NCBI GenBank assembly: GCA_963727455.1
Contig: CAVSGG010000009.1
Span: 128,001 to 192,000 of the forward strand
Direction: 5' to 3'
DNA length: 64,000 nucleotides
Source of the DNA: Candidatus Krumholzibacteriota bacterium
Lineage (GTDB): Bacteria; Krumholzibacteriota; Krumholzibacteriia; JAJRXK01
Every line of letters begins with the position of its first letter. The stretch's first letter is position 1. Below, piece by piece: positions 27,856-36,919 of the stretch. The position numbers were made by a program, and so were the translations under genes. Below the pieces are notes generated by a model. It had not been told where the DNA came from and ran no database searches. It saw nothing but the letters and a program-made list of their open reading frames with translations.

Positions 27856-29516
27856 GTGTCTTCCTCCCTGGCGAGCGAGGCCTCGCGCGGCAAGTCGGCG
27901 TGAATCTCCAGCCCGCCCCCGCTGCGCGCGCGCGCGGAGAGGACGCCCTGATGACCTTCCACCACCTGTCGCGCGATGCTCAGGCCCAGTCCGGTTCCGC
28001 CCTCTTTCGTCGTATGATACGGCTCTCCCCAATGAGATGCGATCTCCTCGGGCAGCCCCGGTCCACGATCCAGGACCGCGAACCACCAGCGGTCGTTGCC
28101 CGGCCCGGTGCCCAGAGCCAACTCGATCGGTGCGTGAGGTGCGGCTTGCGCCGCGTTTGCGAGCAGATTCTGCATGACCCGCCGCATCTGTTCCGGGTCG
28201 ACACTCACCACGCCCACCGTGGCACGTTCCACGATCCGAAATTCGAGCTTCGGGTATTGCTCCCGCACGCTGGCCAAAGCCAGTTCGGCCAGAGAGAGAG
28301 CCTGCGTGGGTTGAAAGGCAAGTCTGGGAGTGCGAGCAAAATCACGAAATTCACTGACCAGGCGATCCAGACTTTGCAACTGTTCCCGCGCGGTTTGAAG
28401 GCTCGAAACGAGTGCCCGGCGCGCGGCCGGATCGTCTCGCCGCGCCGCCGTCTCGACGTTGTCCATGGCCAGGGTCAAAGGGCTCAGAGCGTTCTTGATC
28501 TCGTGCGCCACCCGGCGCGCCATCTCGCGCCAGGCCGCCCGGCGCTCCGCGGAACGCATTCGCGCTTCACTCGACTGCAAACTCTGAGAAAGATCCCTTA
28601 ACGCATTGGCGAGCTCTTTGACCTCGGTGGGTCCTCCCACCGCGAACTCGATTTCGCGCTCCCCGGATTCCATGCGGTGCACCGCTCTGCGCAGCACGTC
28701 CAGCGGACGGACCAGGCCATGGGCGAGCAAAGGGGTGAGGACGAGGACGATCAAGAAACTCATGAGGCTCAGGCGAAAAAGTCGCGTTCGCATGGACTGA
28801 AGGACCGGCAGGGATGGCGGTTCTCCGGGATCCAAGGCCAGGGGAAGTTCTCCCTGGATCCTCCAGCCGGCGGGCAACTGCACGCTGATGAGTGGCTTCA
28901 GTGCGAGACCGAGTGAGAGACTCTTCGCCCCACTGCGGCTCGCGATCTCGGTGAGACGACTTGCAGAGAGCGCGCTCGCGCCCACCACGAGGTAAGCGCG
29001 ATCCTCAAAGGACACCTCTCGCGCGGCACCCACCCACCAACTCGCGTCGCCACTGTCGTCGGCAGTCCAGGACTTCCAGGCCAGGACTTTCGTGTGAGCC
29101 TGTTCCCGCAGCATTGCATACTGGGGGTGCATGACGCCCTGGGCCTGAGGCTTTGGCGCCTGGCTGAGGACGCGTCCCTCAGGCGAAAGAATGAGCAGGT
29201 GATCCAACTCGAAACGTGGCGCGTACTCGCTCGCCCACAGACGCAGGTCGCGCCGTTCGCTCCCCCCCTGTTCCTCCGCTTCTTCGAGAAAACGGCGCAG
29301 TGCCGACGAAGATGCCAGATCCTCCACCGAGGCCACGGTCATCGAGGCCATGCGGTCCAGGCGAAGGCGTACCTCGTCGGCCTGTCTCGTGCGCCATTCT
29401 TGCCCGCTCCGGGCCTTCATCTCGCGCAGCGAGTGATCCAGAGTGAGAAGGAGTCCTCCCAGGATCAGAACCGCGGAGCAGAGGAGCGCCAAACTGAAGC
29501 GCCATCGCAAACTCAT
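27852..29516 (-). CDS. HAMP-domain sensor histidine kinase (NtrY-like)
   Basis: 2 TMs with a periplasmic domain; AAWREMARRVAHEIKNAL; NLLANA, DRGPGL, GTGLGL. Confidence 0.92.
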   Translation of the reverse strand: MSLRWRFSLALLCSAVLILGGLLLTLDHSLREMKARSGQEWRTRQADEVRLRLDRMASMTVASVEDLASSSALRRFLEEAEEQGGSERRDLRLWASEYAPRFELDHLLILSPEGRVLSQAPKPQAQGVMHPQYAMLREQAHTKVLAWKSWTADDSGDASWWVGAAREVSFEDRAYLVVGASALSASRLTEIASRSGAKSLSLGLALKPLISVQLPAGWRIQGELPLALDPGEPPSLPVLQSMRTRLFRLSLMSFLIVLVLTPLLAHGLVRPLDVLRRAVHRMESGEREIEFAVGGPTEVKELANALRDLSQSLQSSEARMRSAERRAAWREMARRVAHEIKNALSPLTLAMDNVETAARRDDPAARRALVSSLQTAREQLQSLDRLVSEFRDFARTPRLAFQPTQALSLAELALASVREQYPKLEFRIVERATVGVVSVDPEQMRRVMQNLLANAAQAAPHAPIELALGTGPGNDRWWFAVLDRGPGLPEEIASHWGEPYHTTKEGGTGLGLSIARQVVEGHQGVLSARARSGGGLEIHADLPREASLAREEDT

Positions 29517-31660
29517 GGTTTCCAACCGAAGCGTTCCATCTGCTCTTTCGGCAGCAGATGAGCCGTGCTCAAGTCGGGTAGAAAACTCTGAGGATCAGCG
29601 CGCAATCCGGCCACCCGGCGATCCACGAACACTCGCCCCTCTTCCGTCCACAGGGGCACGAAGACGGCTTGCTCGAAAAGCCAGTCTTCCACCTCCCCCG
29701 CCAACCGTTCATCACTCAAGGCGTTCAGTTCTTGCGCGCGCTCTTGGGTGTCCTTCCGCCACGACTCGAGCATTCCACACGCTCGCAAGAGCGACATCGC
29801 TTTCTCTCTCATCGTCCCCACGGGCAAGATCAATCGACCGAAGTCGACTTGGTCGCCGCCGTCCAGGACACAATCACTCTGCATTTTCGTTGGCCCGTCT
29901 TCGGGCTCGCCGTTCACGAGAACACGGGTGGAAGTCTGCGCGCCCCGGTCACGCGCGAGGAATCCCAGCCTCTCCCGCAGTTCCTCGCTCAGTGCATCCG
30001 GAAGCCGATCCACGATTCCCGGGCAACCGAGGAAGCTGAATTGCAACTGTTGACCTTTCAGGGAATCCTCCGCCTCCGGCCGCGGGCTTCGCTCTCTCCC
30101 ACTCAAGGGCAGTCGCGGCTCTAGCCCCTCGCGGCTCAAACCGAAGAGTTCGAAGGGACCCAGAGATCGCAACCAGGCCGCGACGACGCGTCGGCGCCGC
30201 AGGGGCATCGCGGGAGAGAGTCTGGCGATTCCCCAGACCGGAGCGGCCGGCACCACCTTCCAACGCGCGGTATCCCCGAAGACCAGAGGCTTCTTGGCGA
30301 CCGACGCCAGCCACTCGGGATACTCCTTGGCCAGAGGACTGAAACGGATCACGTGCATGGCTGGATCGAGCTGGCGCAGCCGCAGTTCGGGCAGGAGACG
30401 CCAACTCAGGGTCCAGAACGAGAGCGGAGCGAAGACGGAAGCTCGAGCTTCGAACTCGGCGAATTCGTCCCAGGCGTGCGCGCGATGATCCGGGTTGAAG
30501 TGCAGCTCGTGGGTGAGCGTCAGATCTTCCCCGAATTCATCGACCAATAGGGGCCAGGCAAAGTCGCTCGCGACGCGCACCGTCTCCATCCGTCTCGAAT
30601 GGCCGCGGGATGGAGCTTCCGGGAGGACGCGCACGACGGCCGCAAAGAGTTGAAGAACAGAGCTTCCATCCGGATTCCCTCGCAACACGAGCCAGGTGTC
30701 CGCCAGGTTCCAATTTTCCGGAGCGGCGGTGATGCTCAGGATCTGTGTCTCACTCGCCTCCGCCAGTGGCAGACGCATGCCGTCTCCGCCGCGGCTCAAC
30801 GACCACTGCTCTAGATCTCCTTCGCCAGCGGGGAGATCCGCATTGCCGAGAACGAGGCGGAGATCGCGTTGCATGAGCAGAAGCGGCGGCGAAAGATCCT
30901 GAGCGAGTGCGCGAGCGAGCATCCTTCGCTCGTTTTCCCGCAGCGTAACCAGAGGCCTCGAGCTCTCCGGCTTCAGTTGCAGCGAGCCCTTACGCCACTG
31001 CAGCTCTTGCAGGGCCTGGCCGGAGTCCAAAAAGACCGTGCCGTTCAGACGGACGAGCGCGCGCGAAGCTCCCAACTTCAGGCTGGCCAAGGGCGGGTTC
31101 TCTTTCGCGTCCAGAGGCCAGGTGTATTGCAGCTTCTTTGCCACGCTGACTTTGAACGGCTCGCTGCGCCACAGGCGATTCGCGGTACAGATCATCAAGT
31201 TCAGGTCCGGTTCGAAGAGGCCATTGCTCTCCACCATCCAGACCACCGCTCTCGACGAGTTCGAGCGCAGCCAGGCCTGGATGGCGGCGGCGGTATCCAG
31301 TCGTCGCGGAGGCTGCAGAGGACGTAAGCGTCCATTGCGCAGCGCAAGCGCAAAACAGAGCGCCGATGCTTCCCAGTTTCCGCTGCCGCTCACCGCGGGC
31401 GGAATCAGCCACTGCTGCTCGGCATTGGGAGCATTGCGGGAGAGGATCGCGGCATGCGCCGCTTGGTTGATCTGATCGGCCAAGTGATCGATCCGAGGGG
31501 ACTGCAGAATTTCCCGCTGCGGAGTCTCGCCTGAAGGAACCAGCCCCCGGGAGCCCACACATCCCGGCAGAGCGGCCACAGCGAGGAGGAGGAAGATTCC
31601 CCACGCCCTGACTGCGGACCCTATGCGTTCCACGAAGGTGCTCTCACTTCTTGCGTCCAC
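29513..31660 (-). CDS. hypothetical lipoprotein with a C-terminus resembling family-5 solute-binding proteins
   Basis: lipobox-like LLLAVAALPG-C; C-terminal EDWLFEQAVFVPLW...RRVAGLRADP; ATGA-coupled to the kinase gene. Confidence 0.55.
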   Translation of the reverse strand: MDARSESTFVERIGSAVRAWGIFLLLAVAALPGCVGSRGLVPSGETPQREILQSPRIDHLADQINQAAHAAILSRNAPNAEQQWLIPPAVSGSGNWEASALCFALALRNGRLRPLQPPRRLDTAAAIQAWLRSNSSRAVVWMVESNGLFEPDLNLMICTANRLWRSEPFKVSVAKKLQYTWPLDAKENPPLASLKLGASRALVRLNGTVFLDSGQALQELQWRKGSLQLKPESSRPLVTLRENERRMLARALAQDLSPPLLLMQRDLRLVLGNADLPAGEGDLEQWSLSRGGDGMRLPLAEASETQILSITAAPENWNLADTWLVLRGNPDGSSVLQLFAAVVRVLPEAPSRGHSRRMETVRVASDFAWPLLVDEFGEDLTLTHELHFNPDHRAHAWDEFAEFEARASVFAPLSFWTLSWRLLPELRLRQLDPAMHVIRFSPLAKEYPEWLASVAKKPLVFGDTARWKVVPAAPVWGIARLSPAMPLRRRRVVAAWLRSLGPFELFGLSREGLEPRLPLSGRERSPRPEAEDSLKGQQLQFSFLGCPGIVDRLPDALSEELRERLGFLARDRGAQTSTRVLVNGEPEDGPTKMQSDCVLDGGDQVDFGRLILPVGTMREKAMSLLRACGMLESWRKDTQERAQELNALSDERLAGEVEDWLFEQAVFVPLWTEEGRVFVDRRVAGLRADPQSFLPDLSTAHLLPKEQMERFGWKP

Positions 31661-34068
31661 TCTCCATCTTGAATTTCGGCTGCTTCACGCTCGAGGGAGC
31701 GGAGCGATACCAGCGCGCTTCGCTGGAATGCAGCTGCCACCAATCGATCCAGAAGGCGTTCAGCGCGGCGGAGTCCGCACTCCCCTCCTCCTCCCCGGCC
31801 ATCTAGAGTGATACGTCGCAAGAGTTCACGGATGAGGGCCTGCACCTGATCGTAGGGAATCGCGACCATGATTCCCTTATCCCCGGGAAGAGGACGCAGC
31901 GGAATGCGCCGGTAGGCGGGAGAAAAGCCCCTGGCGATCGCGGCCTGACGGTCGATGGGCAACCATTGAATCAACTCGGCCACGAGCTCAGACTGTTGGG
32001 GCCCGATCTGGTCCAGGAGCAGATCCTGGAATCCGTCGGCCACGTAGAATTGTTTGAGAAGCTGCGAGATCGGCTTGCCGCCCTCCTCGACCGGCCGGTC
32101 GAGTCCGCTCAGCCACGGCGCCAGGCTGGGAGCCGCTTGTGGGTCGCGCCAGTAACGGGCCTGAAAGCGCGCCTTCCGCCAGAAACCCGCGTAACTCTTG
32201 ATGACACCATCTTCCTCGGCCCCACTGGGGACGAAGGAGCACACACGATTCAAAATGGCCAGAGGGATGGCGCGCAGGTCTTCCGCGCGGTGCCCCACCA
32301 TCTTGCCCAGACTCGCGTCCCAGTGCCGGCGGGGGAAGCCACGGGCTTCGAAATCGTCTTTGTACAACATGATCAGCTGCATGCATTCGCTGACCAGGAG
32401 ACCGTCCCGTCCGGGTTGAAGGGCTTGAAGCAGCGCGTTGAAGCCCAGGGGATCGTCGGCGAGCGTCTCCAGGAGACCCTCCACCCCGCGCACTTCGGGA
32501 CCGGGCGGACTTCTGAGTTCGCGTAGCCAAGCGGTGGGATCGGGACGCAGTCCGGGATCGAACCAGAACTCCTCGTCCATTCCACGGTCCACCCACCACG
32601 CGTCCCAGAGCTCGACGCGGGCCGCCACGATGCTCGCCCGCGCGAAGCCGGGGGTCCTGGAGAGTTCGTCGTGGGCGATCGTCCTCTGCAGCCGCGCATC
32701 GCGCCCCACTTCGGGATCGAGCGCAATTCGCTGCAACAGCTCCACCCCCTGACGTCGGAGGTCACTCCACGCCGGCGGCCTCTCGGAGGGACGCGGGCCG
32801 AAATCGTGAACCTCGTAGAGGCCCTGAATCCTCTGCTGCGCCTGCTCATCACTCTCGTCCAAAAGAGCGAGAAGCCGGTGAGTGAGTCGACGCTGGCTCC
32901 GGTCCGCGCGCGCGAGCACCTGCTGGGAAAGGCTCGAATCCGCGGCCATCGCGTAGAGTAGCCCCGGCAGTCCCGAAGAACTCTTCCAGGCGCTGCCTTC
33001 GCCCAAGGATGCGAGAACCGCAGTCTCGGTCTTCAAGAGTGGTGTCTGCGCGCTGGTCTCCGCGTGGGCGAAACGCGGCGTGACCACCGCTAATGAGGTC
33101 CAAGCAAAGAGCAAGACCAACAAAAGGAGAGCCGTGGTCGAAGCCCGTTTGCCGCGCGAGCTGAGTTCGGAAGGCGCAGGTCCCTCCCGTCGCTCCTTGT
33201 AGTCACGGTAAGCCCTGAGCAATGCCTTGAAACCCGAGACAGCCATTCCGCTCTGCACCGCCGGACGCCAGAGACGCAGCCACAGCAGCACGAGGGCCGT
33301 TCGGCTCGGCGCGTCCTTGGGCCCAAAGCGCCGGACCAGAGTCAGACGGCTGCGCAGATTGTAGTAGAGAAAGAGCGGAGATGAGACGCGGGTGGTGGCT
33401 GAGACCTTGTGGAGTAATCGCGCCTGTGGCGCCACCACGATCTCGTAGCCGGCCCGTTCCGCCCTGAGACAGAGGTCGACGTCTTCACAAAAATGAAAGT
33501 ACCTGCGGTCGAGTTCACCGACTTCCTCCAGCAGTTCGCGCGAAAGCAGCATGGCGCAACCGGTAACGTAGAAGTGCAAATTGCCGCGCGTTCTGAGCTC
33601 TTCGTCCGAGAGTGGAGTCTGGACGTGCCGCACGCGAGCGCTCGCAATGTCGAAGCGTCCCCCACCGAACGCCCAAAGTCGCTCGGGAGTGTCGTAGTAG
33701 GCGATACTCGCTCCCACCACTCCGGTCTTGGCTCCGCGTTTCGCGCGCTCGAGCATGTGCCGCAGGAAATCCGGCTCGACGACCGTGTCGTTGTTCAAAA
33801 GGAGAACGAAGTGCGCCCCTCGCTCGAGCGCCCAGCGGATGCCCGCGTTGTTACCCCCGGCAAAGCCCAGGTTGGCGCCGGTCTGCAGGATGGCCAGCGC
33901 GGGGTGAGCCGCGCGGACCGCGGCCTCGCTGCCATCGCTACTTCCATTGTCGACCACGAGGATCTCGTGGCTCTCACCTTCGAGCGCTCTCAAACTCTTG
34001 AGGCAGGCGAGGGTGTCTTCCTTGCCGTTCCAGTTGAGCACGATGATGACGGTTTCCGGCGACGACAC
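31621..34068 (-). CDS. GT2 glycosyltransferase fused through a TM segment to a ~480-aa unknown Trp-repeat domain; probable frameshift at about 31805 with true stop at 31644
   Basis: IIVLNWNG, VVDNGSSDGS, NLGFAGGNN, LLNND, GCAMLL, FCEDVD; internal hydrophobic segment ALLLLVLLFAWTSLAVV. Confidence 0.75.
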   Translation of the reverse strand: MSSPETVIIVLNWNGKEDTLACLKSLRALEGESHEILVVDNGSSDGSEAAVRAAHPALAILQTGANLGFAGGNNAGIRWALERGAHFVLLLNNDTVVEPDFLRHMLERAKRGAKTGVVGASIAYYDTPERLWAFGGGRFDIASARVRHVQTPLSDEELRTRGNLHFYVTGCAMLLSRELLEEVGELDRRYFHFCEDVDLCLRAERAGYEIVVAPQARLLHKVSATTRVSSPLFLYYNLRSRLTLVRRFGPKDAPSRTALVLLWLRLWRPAVQSGMAVSGFKALLRAYRDYKERREGPAPSELSSRGKRASTTALLLLVLLFAWTSLAVVTPRFAHAETSAQTPLLKTETAVLASLGEGSAWKSSSGLPGLLYAMAADSSLSQQVLARADRSQRRLTHRLLALLDESDEQAQQRIQGLYEVHDFGPRPSERPPAWSDLRRQGVELLQRIALDPEVGRDARLQRTIAHDELSRTPGFARASIVAARVELWDAWWVDRGMDEEFWFDPGLRPDPTAWLRELRSPPGPEVRGVEGLLETLADDPLGFNALLQALQPGRDGLLVSECMQLIMLYKDDFEARGFPRRHWDASLGKMVGHRAEDLRAIPLAILNRVCSFVPSGAEEDGVIKSYAGFWRKARFQARYWRDPQAAPSLAPWLSGLDRPVEEGGKPISQLLKQFYVADGFQDLLLDQIGPQQSELVAELIQWLPIDRQAAIARGFSPAYRRIPLRPLPGDKGIMVAIPYDQVQALIRELLRRITLDGRGGGGECGLRRAERLLDRLVAAAFQRSALVSLRSLEREAAEIQDGEWTQEVRAPSWNA

Positions 34069-34119
34069 CCTGCACCTCACGAGATGGACGAATCAGGCCA
34101 CCTCGGCTAGGCTAGGGAC

Positions 34120-34815
34120 ATGATGCAATTCAGGCAAGACACGAGCGAAGACTCTGGATCTTTTGTATCGCGAACTGCGGCTCTGGGGTGGCTCCTTTTG
34201 AGCTGCGCTCTCCTCGCCGGCGGGCTGGGCTGTCGATCGCAGTCAGAGGAAAGGCTGTGCCGAGCGGCCCGGCTGGACGATCCCGCCGCCTATGTGAAAA
34301 GCGTCGAACTGGCGCGGAGCGAGAGGGACTCGCTCTTTCATCTGCCCGATTCCAGTCCGGTGGCCAAGGAAGACCTTCCCGGCTGGAAGGGGCTCGAGTT
34401 CTACCCCGTCAAACCCAGCTATGTGCTCGAGGGACCGCTCATCCGGACGGCAAAACCCGTTCCGCTCACGATCCCCGATACCGGTGGAGAGACGCGCAAG
34501 GCGCAGAAAATCGGCTATTTCCTGGTAGATCTGGGAGCCGGTCCGGAGAAACTGTCCGTATTCCGCATGCTCGAAAGCGACTCCCTCTTCTTGCCCTTTC
34601 TCGATGCCACCAGCGGAGCGGAGACCTATCCGGCCGGGCGCTATCTCGAACTCCAGAAGCTGGGCGACGACCGTTATCGTCTGGATTTCAATCTAGCCTA
34701 CAATCCCTACTGCGCCTACGGAGGGGACTGGTCCTGTCCGATCACTCCCGAGAGCAATCGCCTGAAAGCGGCCGTGCGCGCGGGAGAACGGGGCTACAAG
34801 TTTCTTCATGAATGA
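34120..34815 (+). CDS. DUF1684 family lipoprotein
   Basis: LFLPFLDATSGAETYPAGRYL, LDFNLAYNPYCAY...CP; lipobox-like GGLG-C. Confidence 0.85.
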   Translation: MMQFRQDTSEDSGSFVSRTAALGWLLLSCALLAGGLGCRSQSEERLCRAARLDDPAAYVKSVELARSERDSLFHLPDSSPVAKEDLPGWKGLEFYPVKPSYVLEGPLIRTAKPVPLTIPDTGGETRKAQKIGYFLVDLGAGPEKLSVFRMLESDSLFLPFLDATSGAETYPAGRYLELQKLGDDRYRLDFNLAYNPYCAYGGDWSCPITPESNRLKAAVRAGERGYKFLHE

Positions 34816-34817
34816 GT

Positions 34818-36854
34818 TCAGGAGACTTGATCCCGACGGTGTTCCTTCGACCGCCGGGGGAGATTGAGACATACCCGTGTGCCGGCTTCCTCGGGCTTGT
34901 CGAGCCTCAGGATGACCTCGTCGCCGAAGAGTTCCTGCGCGGCCCTGAGAACCCGTGAGAGTCCGCCTTCACCCCGTAGCGCGTCCTGGTGCAGATCGCC
35001 CAGGAACCCCCGCCCGTTGTCTTCCACCGTCAGCGAACAACGCCCGCCCTGCAGGGCGGCATTGACATGAATCCTGCCCGTGTGCAACTCACGCGAGAGT
35101 CCGTGGATGAGAGCATTGTCGATCAAGGGCTGCAAGACCCGGCGCGGCACCAACTGCTCCTTGAGGGCGGGATCGAAGCTGATGCCAACTTCGAGACGGT
35201 TGCGCAGGCGCAGTTTCTCCAGAGCGAGCAGATCCCGCGCAAATGCCATCTCTTCGCTCAAGGGGACCCCGCTGCCGTCCTTCTCCAGAATGTAGGCGTA
35301 GGCGCGCCGCAGTGATTTGAGGATGTCGCGCGCGGCCTGCGGATCGCGTTCGCCGACTTCGGAGCAGATGCGCAGGATCGACTCCACGAGCTCCGGGTCG
35401 AGCCGCTCACGCATCGCAACCAGCTCGCGACGGGCCGACGCGAGTTCTCTTCGACTCGCGGCCAATTCAGAACGCAGTTCTTCCACTTCGCCCGCGATGT
35501 CCTGCACCCTCGCGCGGGCCGCGGCACCGCTTCGCGCTTCGAATTCACCCGCGCCCATTGCGTCGAGCGCGCTCGCCAACAGTTCGGAGACGACTTCGAG
35601 ATAACGTCGTTCGGCGTCGAACCAGGGATAACAGTTGCGCCGTTCCCCGAGCAGCAACCAACCGAGGGAGCGCCCCGCGGCGACCAAAGGAACTCGCAGC
35701 CGGTAGGAATGCTCCTCGTCCTTCAAGCTCTCGGCCCATTGGCGATTGCGCGGGGTGTCGCCCAAAAGAAGCCGCAGCGACTTGGGATGAACCGCTTCCT
35801 GAATGTCCATGAGAGCGCCGCGCTCGAGCTCCGCGAGAGAGCGCGAACGACTCAAGCGCTGTGCGAAGCGATGCACCGCTCTTCGCAAATCGACGTCGCG
35901 ATCGAAGAGCACCCGATCCATCCAGGGACGGAGCGCTCGATCGAGAGCCGGCCCGATCGCGATCGCGGCGCCCAGGACCACGAGGCGGGACAAACTGGTA
36001 GCATAGCGTCCCCAGCTCGGCTCGTTGAACTGGATGCGGTTGAACACGAAGAGGACCACGAGCGACAGGGCCGTCCACAACAGCAGCCGAATGCCGTCGC
36101 GAATGTAGCGGTCCATGAAGGAGAACTCGTAGCGCACCAGCCCGAAGAACACCACGAAGGAGACACTCTGCAGATGCAGGATGGGCAGCACCGCGAGCCG
36201 GATTCTCGCCGGATGGGAATCGTGCCACAGCGCGACGAAGAATACGCAGAGCAACAATCCGAGCAGCATGAGGCCGCGACCGAGGTTGGCGATGCCGACC
36301 CGCTCTTGCCCGGGCCGCGCGGGAAAGAGAACCAGGATGAGAAAGACGAGGGACCCCGCGAAGAGATAGGCCGAGAGTGGCCCCAGAAGAGCGCGCCACT
36401 CCCCCACCTGCGCGCGGAGCTTGCCGGTACCCCCCGCGTAATAGGCGAAAGCCAGCACGAGCACCCACCAGGCCGCCACCACGTAAATTTTGCGATAGCG
36501 CTGCACGTGCGTGATGATGGCGGCGCGCAAACTGGGCGGGGGCCGGCGGTACAACCTGCGGAAGTTGGCGAAGAGTTGAAAGAAAATGGTGAGAACCAGA
36601 AGTTGCAGCATCAGCTGCAGGCGCGTGAGCCAGAGGGCTCGATGGGGCGCGAGACCACCGGGCGCCAGAGCCATGGAGTATTCGAAGAGTTGCAGGAGGT
36701 GCCAGGCGGCCAGAACGATGTTGGCCGTGGCGAAGATCTTGATTTCGGTCCCGCGCGAACGGCGCGCCAGGATGAACAGCGCCAGGCTCAAATGCAACGC
36801 CGTCGCAAGCGAGTAGACGAGCAGGGAGCCCAGTATCAGATCTGCTCTATTCAT
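34818..36854 (-). CDS. multi-TM + GAF LytS/YehU-type kinase-like protein lacking the phospho-His
   Basis: VPLSEEM...LEKLRL..RL, LQPLIDNALIHG, VEDNGRGF; H-box position reads RLDPELVES instead of QINPHFLFN. Confidence 0.8.
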   Translation of the reverse strand: MNRADLILGSLLVYSLATALHLSLALFILARRSRGTEIKIFATANIVLAAWHLLQLFEYSMALAPGGLAPHRALWLTRLQLMLQLLVLTIFFQLFANFRRLYRRPPPSLRAAIITHVQRYRKIYVVAAWWVLVLAFAYYAGGTGKLRAQVGEWRALLGPLSAYLFAGSLVFLILVLFPARPGQERVGIANLGRGLMLLGLLLCVFFVALWHDSHPARIRLAVLPILHLQSVSFVVFFGLVRYEFSFMDRYIRDGIRLLLWTALSLVVLFVFNRIQFNEPSWGRYATSLSRLVVLGAAIAIGPALDRALRPWMDRVLFDRDVDLRRAVHRFAQRLSRSRSLAELERGALMDIQEAVHPKSLRLLLGDTPRNRQWAESLKDEEHSYRLRVPLVAAGRSLGWLLLGERRNCYPWFDAERRYLEVVSELLASALDAMGAGEFEARSGAAARARVQDIAGEVEELRSELAASRRELASARRELVAMRERLDPELVESILRICSEVGERDPQAARDILKSLRRAYAYILEKDGSGVPLSEEMAFARDLLALEKLRLRNRLEVGISFDPALKEQLVPRRVLQPLIDNALIHGLSRELHTGRIHVNAALQGGRCSLTVEDNGRGFLGDLHQDALRGEGGLSRVLRAAQELFGDEVILRLDKPEEAGTRVCLNLPRRSKEHRRDQVS

Positions 36855-36919
36855 CGTAACGAGTATAGCAGACAATGCAGCAGTGAAGCGCGACTGCATT
36901 GCGCACGAAGGAGGACTCC

